Shown: positions 46,828 through 56,299 of the stretch, piece by piece
How positions within the stretch are numbered: the stretch's first letter is position 1
Layout: each line of letters begins with the position of its first letter
Source: Clostridiales bacterium
Lineage (GTDB): Bacteria > Bacillota > Clostridia > TANB77 > CAG-508
Assembly (NCBI GenBank): GCA_013333035.2
Contig: JABCPQ020000004.1
Location: forward strand, 1,757-65,756
Direction of reading: 5' to 3'
DNA: 64,000 bases
Translations under genes and position numbers: made by a program
Notes under the pieces: generated by a model
Seen by the model: only the letters and a program-made list of their open reading frames with translations
Told to the model about the DNA's origin: nothing
Database searches by the model: none

Positions 46828-47507
46828 TGTAACAAAAAAGTTAAATCAAGCAATAAAATATGGATTGGGTAGAACAAGTAAAAGAAATACTTCATACCCG
46901 GTCCTTTTTTATTGTTGTAAAACAATATAGGAATAATAGCCAGCATTCCAACCACAATTCTAGCAATTATTGAGCTAAAAGTATAATAAGGCGCTCCAAC
47001 AAATTTAAAGAAATGCAAATTAGAAAAAATACTAAATAATATAATAACTAGTGCAGAGCCAGCTTTGTTTCCACTCAAGATATATAATCCTAAAATCATT
47101 AATAATCCAAAAATCTCATAATCAGTGTGAAGAAAAGCAGAACTGGCAATAATTAATGAAATTAGAGCCCATTTTAAGAATTTATTATCAACATTATCAA
47201 AAACATGTAGCATAATAAATCCAAGTATAAATTCAAAGAAAATATTTAATACAAAATATTCCCCATTCATATAATGAACCATTAGCATAAAAGGAATTTG
47301 CGAAATCAAAGCAAATAACAACAATCTAATAAAGAATTTCTTTTTATTAGATGTATTCTTATAACCAATCACAAACTGAAAACAAAATAGAGGAAAGGCA
47401 ATCCTCCCAAAATAATTTAGCCATGAATGGTGTCCCACAACAACATCACCAAAATGGTCCATAAACATCGTAACTACAGCAATCAATTTAATAACAAAAC
47501 TACTCAT
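46824..47507 (-). CDS. TraX-family membrane protein
   Basis: The N-terminus FVIKLIAVVTMFMDHFG is typical of TraX. The protein is polytopic. Confidence 0.6.
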   Translation of the reverse strand: MSSFVIKLIAVVTMFMDHFGDVVVGHHSWLNYFGRIAFPLFCFQFVIGYKNTSNKKKFFIRLLLFALISQIPFMLMVHYMNGEYFVLNIFFEFILGFIMLHVFDNVDNKFLKWALISLIIASSAFLHTDYEIFGLLMILGLYILSGNKAGSALVIILFSIFSNLHFFKFVGAPYYTFSSIIARIVVGMLAIIPILFYNNKKGPGMKYFFYLFYPIHILLLDLTFLLH

Positions 47508-47516
47508 ATTAAACTC

Positions 47517-48389
47517 CTAAACATACATTTCAAAAGGAATCTTTTTAAGAGAAATAGTTAAATTATTAAGATAAGCCAAATCACTATCTGGATTATCAAT
47601 AATGAATTTTATACTATAACTACATAAAAGCTGTGTAGACACTCCAAAACGCTTATTAATTTCATAAGAACCATATTTACCATCACCTATAATAGGAAGT
47701 CCAATATGAGCCAAATGAGCTCTAATTTGATGTGTTCTACCAGTATGTAAAGTAACATTAATCAAACTAGACTTTTTATTAACATTCTTTTGAATTAATT
47801 TATATGAAGTATGAATCTTAACAGCACCTTTTTGAGGTTGATCAGAAACATAAACAAGAGCTTTTTTGCTATCCTTAAATAAATAAGCATATTCATCAGC
47901 AAACTGCTTAGCAATACCATAACAACAAGCAATATAGTGTTTTTCAATTTTTTCAGTAGCAAATAAATCAACTATAGAATCAAGAGTTTCTGGGTTTTTA
48001 GCAAAAACAACCAGACCAATCGTATTTCTATCAATTCTATGGCAAGCTCTAATAAAATCATAATTCTTACCAAGTTTACTCTCCAATGAATTATCACCAA
48101 CAACTTCAACATTTATAGGTTTATTAACTACTAATATATTATTATCCTCATAAACTTTATTAATTTTAAAATCAGAGATACCAAGCAAAATATCATCACT
48201 AATAAAAACTTGAATTTCATCATCTTCAAAAACCTCAACATTATCATTAATACGTTTACCATTTAATTTAATATCTTTTTTTCTAAGCGCTTTATAAACA
48301 GCATTAATTGACAATTTAGGAAAAACACCAGTTAAATAAGTAGTAAGTTTTTTTCCATCATTTTTATAATCAACTTTTAAATTTTTCAT
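47517..48389 (-). CDS. RluA-family pseudouridine synthase with an N-terminal S4-like domain
   Basis: HRIDRNTIGLVVFAK catalytic motif and TGRTHQIRAH. Confidence 0.8.
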   Translation of the reverse strand: MKNLKVDYKNDGKKLTTYLTGVFPKLSINAVYKALRKKDIKLNGKRINDNVEVFEDDEIQVFISDDILLGISDFKINKVYEDNNILVVNKPINVEVVGDNSLESKLGKNYDFIRACHRIDRNTIGLVVFAKNPETLDSIVDLFATEKIEKHYIACCYGIAKQFADEYAYLFKDSKKALVYVSDQPQKGAVKIHTSYKLIQKNVNKKSSLINVTLHTGRTHQIRAHLAHIGLPIIGDGKYGSYEINKRFGVSTQLLCSYSIKFIIDNPDSDLAYLNNLTISLKKIPFEMYV

Positions 48390-48465
48390 ACAACCTCTTA
48401 AATATTAATATATCAGTATTTTAACATATTTGAATAAAAAAAACAAAAAAAGATACAAAAAAGTG

Positions 48466-48494
48466 TTGACAGAGTTGTAACAATATTGTACAAT
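48466..48494 (+). promoter_or_regulatory. consensus sigma70 promoter for the tRNA gene
   Basis: TTGACA, 17 nt, TACAAT, ending 36 nt before the tRNA 5' end. Confidence 0.6.
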
Positions 48495-48530
48495 AATTCT
48501 TGTCAGGGAGAGATGACAACAATTAAATAT

Positions 48531-48604
<74 letters not shown>

Positions 48605-48608
48605 TATT

Positions 48609-48641
48609 AAAATGACTTAGATTAGATCTAAGTCATTTTTT
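48609..48641 (+). terminator. rho-independent terminator after the tRNA
   Basis: 12-bp stem aatgacttagat / atctaagtcatt followed by T-rich sequence. Confidence 0.75.
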
Positions 48642-48691
48642 AATATATAAATTTAAGAAATGATTAACAGATATCAAATATGCTAAAGTTA

Positions 48692-49276
48692 TTAATCAAA
48701 TGAAATATATTGTTTAGAATATTTAGGATCATAATTATATATCGAGATGCCCCAATTATTTATTTCTAGTGTTGCATCTTTATCACTATAATCATTAAGC
48801 ATAGATGCTAAATCTTTTTCTAATGGCTTAATAAATTCATCATTGCTTAAATCATCATAATTTGCACCTTCACCAGTAGTTTTTTCAATCTCAGTAATTT
48901 TTTTGTTGTAAATATTAACTTCAACATTAATGAAATATGCTTTCTTTGTATCTTTATAATTTTCTTGATAAAAATATAAAGATATATATTTATTATGCTC
49001 TTTTTCAAAATGATAATTTATTTTAACTAATTTAGGATTCTTTTGATATTTTCTTACAATAGTAGTAATTTCGTTTGAAAGATCCTTTAAATTATATAAA
49101 TTAGATTTTACAATATAATTAATTTTATAGTTATAGTGTCGAGTGTTAGTAATCTTCCAATCATGATTAGTTTGTATACAATATACTATTAACATTATCA
49201 TAAAAATAGCCAAAGCATGAATAATGAGTTCAACTATAACAATTAAAACTTTTAACCAAATAGGAAAAATTTTCAT
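48692..49276 (-). CDS. N-terminally membrane-anchored protein, paralog family (copy 1)
   Basis: GGAGGTGG RBS. The N-terminus MKIFPIWLKVLIVIVELIIHALAIFMIMLIVYCIQTN is shared with copy 2. Confidence 0.65.
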   Translation of the reverse strand: MKIFPIWLKVLIVIVELIIHALAIFMIMLIVYCIQTNHDWKITNTRHYNYKINYIVKSNLYNLKDLSNEITTIVRKYQKNPKLVKINYHFEKEHNKYISLYFYQENYKDTKKAYFINVEVNIYNKKITEIEKTTGEGANYDDLSNDEFIKPLEKDLASMLNDYSDKDATLEINNWGISIYNYDPKYSKQYISFD

Positions 49277-49343
49277 ATTACCACCTCCAAATAGAATCTC
49301 ATTTTATTAACTTAAGCCTTAAACCACTAGAATAGCTAGTGGT

Positions 49344-49928
49344 TTAAGGATATTTATAAAAATTAATAGGATAAATAGGAACAAATCGAGATATAGAAGA
49401 ATCGTATTGTAAAATATTAAAAGCATTTATTTTAATAGTTGTATCATTATAATTAGTAACTATAGATGTCAAATTTTGGTCTAAAATTTTAGTAAGTTCA
49501 TCCGGATTTTTTATACCATCATAATCACTGGACTCATCACAATCAAATGCAAAAATTTTTTTGTCAGATATACCAAGTGAAACCCTAATCCAATATGATT
49601 TATCCGGATTTTTATAGTTTTTTTGAAAAAAATGTAGAAGAATTACACCAGTATATTTATCTCTTAAACCATAAGAAATATTAACTAATTTAGCATCACT
49701 TTTATATTTTCTCACAATAGAAGTAATTTCATTTGAAAAATTTCTTAAATCATATACATCTGATTTCACAGTATAATCTATATCATAGGTTTCATTATTA
49801 GTAATCTTACAATCAGGATTAGTTTGTATACAATATACTATTAACATTATCATAAATATAGCCGAAGCATGAATGATGAGCTCAACTATAACAATTAAAA
49901 TTTTTAACCAAATAGGAAATTTTTTCAT
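49344..49928 (-). CDS. N-terminally membrane-anchored protein, paralog family (copy 2)
   Basis: GGAGG RBS before the ATG at 49928, internal to the tracked 49952. MKKFPIWLKILIVIVELIIHASAIFMIMLIVYCIQTN. Confidence 0.65.
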   Translation of the reverse strand: MKKFPIWLKILIVIVELIIHASAIFMIMLIVYCIQTNPDCKITNNETYDIDYTVKSDVYDLRNFSNEITSIVRKYKSDAKLVNISYGLRDKYTGVILLHFFQKNYKNPDKSYWIRVSLGISDKKIFAFDCDESSDYDGIKNPDELTKILDQNLTSIVTNYNDTTIKINAFNILQYDSSISRFVPIYPINFYKYP

Positions 49929-49964
49929 ATTACAACCTCCAAATAAAATCAAATAATTATTTAA

Positions 49965-50084
49965 CTACCAACCACGTATAATATTAAATATTATAAGACA
50001 AGCTCCTAGGAATCCTAGAATATGAATAATTATTTCTAATATAATAAGAAATATCTTTGCTAATATAATAAAAAACTTCTTCAT
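49965..50084 (-). CDS. 39-aa hydrophobic peptide, below the ORF-track cutoff, leading the paralog cassette
   Basis: My translation is MKKFFIILAKIFLIILEIIIHILGFLGACLIIFNIIRGW*. AGGAG lies upstream (ttaaaggagtaacaatATG). An intact copy of the same sequence forms the N-terminus of ORF 50708-50974. Confidence 0.45.
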   Translation of the reverse strand: MKKFFIILAKIFLIILEIIIHILGFLGACLIIFNIIRGW

Positions 50085-50165
50085 ATTGTTACTCCTTTAA
50101 AACTTTTTATAATTATATCAAAATAGAATAATAAAGTATATCAAAATTTAATGTTTCTAATAAAA
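49971..50165 (-). repeat. about 195-bp repeat (peptide gene plus 5' leader/promoter), copy A
   Basis: Near-identical to 50861-51055 at a fixed offset of 890 bp, with about 10 mismatches by eye. Confidence 0.75.
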
Positions 50166-50314
50166 TAATATAATTGGGATATTAGAGTAAATAATGGAAA
50201 AAGAATCGAAAGAATATACAGAAAGAAATTACGGATTATATAAAATATTTGAGAAATATAATGAAGCAATGAGAGCTATTTCATAACTAAAGAGAAGAAC
50301 TTTAGTTCTTCCCT

Positions 50315-50974
50315 TTAGTCATAATTATAATTTGTTGTAGAGACACCAGAATTATCCACATCTATAATCTTTCTGGTATCGATATTAATCATAGATTTTA
50401 AATAGTTTTCTAAAACTTTAGTAAGTTCATCCAGATTTCGGATACCATCATAATTACTGGATTCTTCAGAAGTGAATACTTTAATTTTTTTATTAAGAAT
50501 GTTAATTGGAACCAAAATTAAATGTGATTTATCAGGATTTTTATAATTTTTTTTGAAAAAAATATAAATAAACTTCTTTATCAGAATTAGATCTTAGAAA
50601 ATAAGTTATATGAACTAGTTTAGCATTCTTATTATATTTTCTTACAATAGGAGTAATTTCATCTGAAAGACCCTTTAAATTATATAAATCCGATTTTACA
50701 GTATAATTTATTCTATATCCTTTTTATTATTTCTATTTTGAAGATCAGGATTAGTTTTTATACAATATACTATTAACCTTACCATAAAAATAGCCGAAGC
50801 ATGAATGATGAGCGCAACTATAACAATTAAAATTTTTGACCAAATAGGAAAAATTTTCATACCACGTATAATATTAAATACTAGAAGACAAGCTCCTAAA
50901 AATCCAAGAATATGAATAAATATTTCCAATATAATAAGAAATATCTTTGCTAATATAATAAAAAACTTCTTCAT
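50315..50974 (-). pseudogene. Decayed third cassette. The hydrophobic peptide is fused in-frame to the anchor of a paralog (50708-50974), followed by a frameshifted remainder (50315-50707).
   Basis: ORF 50708-50974 reads ...IIRGMKIFPIWSKILIVIVALIIHASAIFM... and so lacks the stop, spacer and RBS seen at 49929-49967. ORF 50315-50515 aligns to the C-terminus of copy 2 (ESSNYDGIRNLDELTKVL against ESSDYDGIKNPDELTKIL). The DNA in between is homologous but out of frame. Confidence 0.6.
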
Positions 50975-51055
50975 ATTGTTACTCCTTTAAAACTTTTTAT
51001 AATTATATCAAAATAGCATAATAAAGTATATCAAAATTTAATGTTTACTAATAAA
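50861..51055 (-). repeat. about 195-bp repeat, copy B
   Basis: See 49971-50165. Confidence 0.75.
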
Positions 51056-51191
51056 ATATAGAAATAAAAATTTGAATCTATTAATAAATACTGATAGATT
51101 ATATAAAATTTAATATAATTAACCTGAAATATACGATAGTTATTAAATAATAGGAGGAGTTTATTGAATTATAAGAATAAACGAATAAAAA

Positions 51192-51689
51192 ATGAACAAA
51201 ATAGAGAAATGTAAAAGATGTGGGCTATATAAAAATCAGCTCCCATTATTAGATGAAATAAAAGAATCGGAAATAATGTGGGTTGGATTGTCAGCCAAAA
51301 AAGTTAATAATATAAATGAAACACATCCATTAGCAAATGATACAAATACTGGAAGAATAATAGAACAGATTGAAAATGAAATAAACCAGCATACATTTTA
51401 TAAAACAAATTTAGTTAAATGTGTACCATTAAATGAAAAAACTAAATTAAGATATCCAACAACAAATGAAATGGAAGAGTGCTTAGAAAATTTAATATAT
51501 GAAATCAGCTTAGTAAACCCAAAGGTTATATTAGTATTAGGAAAGCAAGCATATAATTTCATAATCAAAAAAGTAAAAATCAAAAACATATTTTATATAG
51601 AACATCCATCATATATATATGTTTATAAACGAAAAGAAATAAATTCATACATCGATAAAGTTAAAAAATTAATTGAAAACAATATTTAA
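51192..51689 (+). CDS. uracil-DNA glycosylase superfamily protein (family 4-like)
   Basis: N-terminal CKRCGLY, a VGLSA...G segment and a C-terminal HPSY. There is no obvious RBS directly upstream. Confidence 0.45.
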   Translation: MNKIEKCKRCGLYKNQLPLLDEIKESEIMWVGLSAKKVNNINETHPLANDTNTGRIIEQIENEINQHTFYKTNLVKCVPLNEKTKLRYPTTNEMEECLENLIYEISLVNPKVILVLGKQAYNFIIKKVKIKNIFYIEHPSYIYVYKRKEINSYIDKVKKLIENNI

Positions 51690-51797
51690 AAATTCATTAT
51701 AAAAATATATAAAAGTAATATTTTTAAAATTGAATTGAAAGATACCGTATGCTATACTCACTTCAGAAATAAAATACGCATAAAAAGGAGATTAGTT

Positions 51798-52943
51798 ATG
51801 GAAATCAAGGTAATTGCATCAACAAAAGTAGGATATGTTATGCCAAAAGATGAAGCAGTTGATTTTTCAGGAAAATCAGCAGGAATTTGTTATCTACCAG
51901 ATACAGTAGAAACATTATTTGCAGAAGCACCAGAGAAAACACAAAGAAGAGCAGATGGAAATATAAAGTCAGGACACCACAGTGTATTTGGCCATCCAAC
52001 ATATAATTTATGCCTTGAAGGAATTCCAAAAATACTTGCAATGATATTAAACAATGAAAAAATATATAATACATCAGAAAAGTCAGCAAGATATACACAC
52101 ATGGAGCCATCACCACAGGAAAAAGAACTATATGAAAAATGGATTGAAATATTCAAAGAACAAATACTTACTCAATATCCAAAATTTGAAGACAAAAGAG
52201 CTCTTAAACTAGCTCAAGAAAATGCAAGATACCTTATAAGTGTATTTACACCAGCAACAGTAATGGAATACACAGTAAACTTTGGACAATTAAATTATAT
52301 TATCAATTGGGCAAAAGACTATATCAAAAATGCAGAAGAAAATGCATTCTCAATTAAATTAAAAGAAACCTTTAAAGAATTTTTAGCAGCCATGCCAGAT
52401 TTAGAAATAGAAGGATTGGATTCAAGAAATAAAAATCGTAATTTCTCATTATTTGCAAAACGAAAAAATCGAAATGAAGAATTCGGAGAAAATTATTCAG
52501 TAACATATTTAGCAAGCTTTGCACAATTAGCACAAGCACAAAGACATAGAACACTATCTTATGAAATGACATTATTAGATGAACCAAAATACTACGTACC
52601 ACCAATAATTGCAGGAACAAACTTAGAGAAAGAATGGCTTAAAGATATATCATCATTAAAAGAGTTTTTCCCACAAGGAATGTTGGTACAAGTAAATGAA
52701 AGAGGAACAATAGAAAATTTTGTATTAAAATGCATGGAACGTCTATGTGGATTTTCACAATTAGAAATTATGCAAGAAACAAAAAATATAATGAATAAAT
52801 ATCTTGAAGCAACAAAAGATAAACCAGAACTTTACCAATATTTACTACCATATTCAAGAGGTGCACGCTGTACTTTTCCAGGCTGGAAATGTGACTCACC
52901 ATGCGTATTTGGTGGATATGGAGCAATGATTAGAAATATATAG
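51798..52943 (+). CDS. thyX: FAD-dependent thymidylate synthase ThyX-like, unusually long (381 aa, apparently two tandem ThyX-like modules)
   Basis: Module 1 has SGHHSVFGH...SEKSARYT with the RHR position replaced by NNEK. Module 2 has AQAQRHRTLSYE and FSQLEIMQE. AGGAG RBS before the ATG at 51798. Confidence 0.65.
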   Translation: MEIKVIASTKVGYVMPKDEAVDFSGKSAGICYLPDTVETLFAEAPEKTQRRADGNIKSGHHSVFGHPTYNLCLEGIPKILAMILNNEKIYNTSEKSARYTHMEPSPQEKELYEKWIEIFKEQILTQYPKFEDKRALKLAQENARYLISVFTPATVMEYTVNFGQLNYIINWAKDYIKNAEENAFSIKLKETFKEFLAAMPDLEIEGLDSRNKNRNFSLFAKRKNRNEEFGENYSVTYLASFAQLAQAQRHRTLSYEMTLLDEPKYYVPPIIAGTNLEKEWLKDISSLKEFFPQGMLVQVNERGTIENFVLKCMERLCGFSQLEIMQETKNIMNKYLEATKDKPELYQYLLPYSRGARCTFPGWKCDSPCVFGGYGAMIRNI

Positions 52944-52971
52944 ATTTTTTAAAATGTAAAAGGAGGCTATT

Positions 52972-53511
52972 ATGAAAAATAAGACTATATTAATTATTTT
53001 AATTGTATTAGCTTTAATATGCATTCCAATTGTAATTATAGGAATAAAAGATAAAAGAATAGTGCCAGAAAAAGTATTATCAAAACAAGAATTTGAAGCC
53101 CAAAGACAAGCAGAAAAAGAGAAAATAACTAAAGAATTAATAAACAATAATGATTCTTCAAAAAATAATAATCAAGAAGATGATTATTTAACAAAAGAAC
53201 ATGAAAGATTGAAAAAGGAAAGTGATGAACAATATAATAAAATTGAAAATATCATAGAAAGATTTCATTCAAAAGAGTATAAAGAATCAAAAGCTAAAAT
53301 GATCGAAAACCAAAGTAAAATGTCAGGAGATGAATTATATCAACAACCATATACTAAAAATATAATTCATTTAGTAATTGATATTATTGAAAATAAAAAT
53401 ATAGATTCAAAAGAAAAAGAAACATTAAAAGAATTTATAAAAGAGCAAGTAGTAAATTACAAAGATGACGTAGAAATGAATGAAAAAATGAATAAAGCTC
53501 TAAATAAGTAA
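52972..53511 (+). CDS. N-terminally anchored, charged/coiled-coil protein, function unknown
   Basis: One N-terminal TM helix followed by a Lys/Glu-rich region. AGGAGG RBS. Confidence 0.55.
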   Translation: MKNKTILIILIVLALICIPIVIIGIKDKRIVPEKVLSKQEFEAQRQAEKEKITKELINNNDSSKNNNQEDDYLTKEHERLKKESDEQYNKIENIIERFHSKEYKESKAKMIENQSKMSGDELYQQPYTKNIIHLVIDIIENKNIDSKEKETLKEFIKEQVVNYKDDVEMNEKMNKALNK

Positions 53512-53515
53512 TAAC

Positions 53516-53552
53516 AAAAATCAATCCACTTGACCACTGGGTTGATTTTTTT
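53516..53552 (+). terminator. rho-independent terminator
   Basis: Stem tcaatcca / tgggttga (one G-T pair) followed by T7. Confidence 0.6.
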
Positions 53553-53623
53553 ATGAAAATATTTATTTTACAAATATAAAGATATATAATGTTACTGATA
53601 AAACAAAACTGAAAGGAGACACA

Positions 53624-54657
53624 ATGGGACTAACACTAAAAGAAGTATCAAAAAGCTTTGGAACAAATAAAGCAGTTGATACAGTATCATTAACATTGGA
53701 TACACCAGGAGTATATGGTTTATTAGGAACAAATGGTGCAGGAAAAACAACAATAATAAGAATGTTATTAGGAATTATCAATAATGATAGTGGTGAAATA
53801 ACATGGAATGACAAAAAGTAAGCCGTGAAACAGTAAACTTCGGGTATTTACCAGAAGAAAGAGGCGTATATCAAAAAATAAAGATTAGAAATCAATTGAT
53901 GTATTTCGGAGAATTAAAAGGCATGAAAAAAGAGGATATAATAGCATCAATTGATAAATGGTCAAAAAAATTAAAAGTAGAACAATACATGAATATGACA
54001 GCAGACAAACTATCAAAAGGAAATCAACAAAAGATTCAATTTATGATAGCAATATTACATAATCCAGAATTAGTAGTGCTAGATGAACCATTTAGTGGAT
54101 TAGATCCAGTCAATTCAGAATTATTAAAAAATATAATCGTTGAATTAGTAAAAGACGGAAAATATGTAATAATGTCAGCACATCAAATGCAAACAATAGA
54201 AGAGTTTTGTGAAAACATTTTAATTTTAAATAAGGGCAAAACAGTGTTGCAGGGGAATCTATCAGAAATAAAAGAAGGATATCCAGCAAACCGTTTGAGT
54301 TTAAATACAAAACAAGATGTAACAAAATACATAGAAGAAAATGACATGGAAATTGAAGTAGTTGCAAACAACAATTATAAAATTAAAATAAATAATGAAG
54401 AGCAAGCACATAAACTCTTAAAAGAACTTATAGATAATAATATAGTAGTCAATAAATTTGAAATTCAAAAACCTACATTAAACGACATATTTATAGAAAA
54501 GGTGGGTGAAAAACATGAGAGATATATTAATAGTAACAAAGTTTACACTAATAGAAGTATTAAAGAAAAAGGCATTTATAGTATCAACAATAATAATGAT
54601 TTTAATGATTATTTTAGCATCAGCATTCACAAAAATAATCCCAAAGCTAGCAGATAG
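53624..54657 (+). pseudogene. ABC-2-type (NatA-like) ATP-binding protein split by a frameshift in an A5 run at 53813-53817
   Basis: ORF 53624-53821 carries Walker A GTNGAGKTT and ends ...ITWNDKK*. The next frame continues VSRETVNFGYLPEERGVY... into ORF 53896-54657 (LSKGNQQK, VLDEPFSGLD). A6 in place of A5 would restore the frame. Confidence 0.65.
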
Positions 54658-55741
54658 CAATGAAAAAGACAAAGTATTGATTGTAGATAATGATAACATA
54701 TTCGAAAATCAATTAAATACAATGAATGAATTAGGATTAAATAATGAATTCATCATTGCAAAGGAAAAGACATCATTAGCAGATGTTAAAACTAAAATAA
54801 AAAACAAAGACATAAAAAAAGGAATTATAATTAGTAAAGCTGAAGGAAAAATTAAAATAGAATATGTAGTTGAAAACACTTCATTAATGATGAATTCACC
54901 AGTGGATATTCAAAAAGCATTGAAAGAAATTTATTCACGAAATCAATTAAAAAAGTTAAATTTAACACAGCAACAAATTCAATCATTGGAACCAAACTTT
55001 GAATATACAATAGTATCAAGCCAAGAAAAAGATGCAAATAAAAATATCACGGTAATATTAGCATTAACAGGATTGCTTTTTGCTGCAATATATACATTTG
55101 CATACCAGGTTTCAACATCAATCACAACAGAAAAAACATCTAAAATAGTTGAGACACTTGTAACATATACAAAGGCAAGAAATATTGTATTAGGAAAAAC
55201 ATTTGGAATAGGATTAGCAGGATTAATACAATTATTAATCATTGCCATTATATCAATTTTTAGTATTAATACATTTGTAGACAAAAATATGTTATCAGCA
55301 TTCCTTGATTTATCAACAATAACACCAGCACTTGGAATAACAATAGTAGTTTACTTTATACTAGGATATATGGAATATGCTTTATTATATGCATTAACTG
55401 GATCATTTGTAAGTAATCCAGAAGAAGTTAAAGCAGCAGCAACACCTGCATCATTGATTGCAGTAATGAGCTTTTACTTAGCATATTTTACAATAATGAG
55501 CCCAACAAGCAACCTAAATTCAATAGCATCAATAGTACCATTTTCATCACCATTCTCAGCACCATTTAGAGTAATGCTTGGCGTAACTACACCAAGGGAA
55601 ATGATAATGTCAGTACTAATATTAATAGCGACAAATATATTAATTGCACACATTGCAATAAAGGTATATACAAACGCAATAATAAATAATGGCACAAAAC
55701 TAAGTTTAAAAGAAATAATAAAAATGTATAAAACTAAATAA
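54515..55741 (+). CDS. ABC-2-type permease (NatB-like)
   Basis: An N-terminal TM helix, a large loop and then 5 TM helices. It overlaps the 3' tail of the ATPase ORF by about 140 nt. Confidence 0.65.
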   Translation: MRDILIVTKFTLIEVLKKKAFIVSTIIMILMIILASAFTKIIPKLADSNEKDKVLIVDNDNIFENQLNTMNELGLNNEFIIAKEKTSLADVKTKIKNKDIKKGIIISKAEGKIKIEYVVENTSLMMNSPVDIQKALKEIYSRNQLKKLNLTQQQIQSLEPNFEYTIVSSQEKDANKNITVILALTGLLFAAIYTFAYQVSTSITTEKTSKIVETLVTYTKARNIVLGKTFGIGLAGLIQLLIIAIISIFSINTFVDKNMLSAFLDLSTITPALGITIVVYFILGYMEYALLYALTGSFVSNPEEVKAAATPASLIAVMSFYLAYFTIMSPTSNLNSIASIVPFSSPFSAPFRVMLGVTTPREMIMSVLILIATNILIAHIAIKVYTNAIINNGTKLSLKEIIKMYKTK

Positions 55742-55747
55742 TAGCAA

Positions 55748-55778
55748 TAAAATCAGTACATGTTGTACTGATTTTTTT
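55748..55778 (+). terminator. rho-independent terminator
   Basis: Stem aatcagtaca / tgtactgatt followed by T-rich sequence. Confidence 0.7.
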
Positions 55779-55817
55779 GTCTTAAATTATTGACAACAAA
55801 TAAAAAAGTGATAAATT

Positions 55818-55832
55818 ACTAACACTATTAGT
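55818..55832 (+). promoter_or_regulatory. ACTAA-N5-TTAGT palindrome, a candidate MarR operator
   Basis: It lies between a TTGACA box (55790-55795) and the marR RBS. Confidence 0.3.
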
Positions 55833-55847
55833 GAAAAAGGAGTGCGA

Positions 55848-56288
55848 ATGGAAACTTCAGAAATAGTCAAAGAAATAATGGAGATTTTTATAAAACCTAA
55901 AAATAACAAACACCAAATACAAGAAATAATCGGAGAATTATCAAAAGGTGAAGTAGGTATTTTAGCTTATTTACTTAATGTAAATAATAATATTTCATCA
56001 AATGAATTAGAAAAACATTTACAAGTAAGTAGCGCAAGAATAGCAAGCACATTAAATAGTTTAGAAAAGAAAGGCTTAATAAAACGCAACAAATCAGAAG
56101 AAGACAAACGAAAAATAATAATATCAATCACAAAAAATGGCAGAACAACAATTGAAAAGCATCGTGAAAAAGTAGAAAGATATTTAAGAAGAATGGTAGA
56201 AACTTTAGGAGAAAAAGATTCATTAGAATTCATAAGAATAGTAAAAAGAATAAAAGAAATAAGTTGTAAATCAATAACAGAAGACTAA
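55848..56288 (+). CDS. MarR-family transcriptional regulator
   Basis: Winged-helix segment LQVSSARIASTLNSLEKKGLIKR...DKRK. The RBS favours the ATG at 55848. Confidence 0.75.
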   Translation: METSEIVKEIMEIFIKPKNNKHQIQEIIGELSKGEVGILAYLLNVNNNISSNELEKHLQVSSARIASTLNSLEKKGLIKRNKSEEDKRKIIISITKNGRTTIEKHREKVERYLRRMVETLGEKDSLEFIRIVKRIKEISCKSITED

Positions 56289-56299
56289 AAGGAGAAAAA

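Noticed and set aside
51164-51214. 16-codon TTG-initiated uORF with a strong GGAGGAG RBS overlapping the UDG-family start
   Set aside because: It is tiny, out of frame with the downstream gene, and has no recognisable leader-peptide logic. It may simply mean that the UDG gene start or RBS is atypical.
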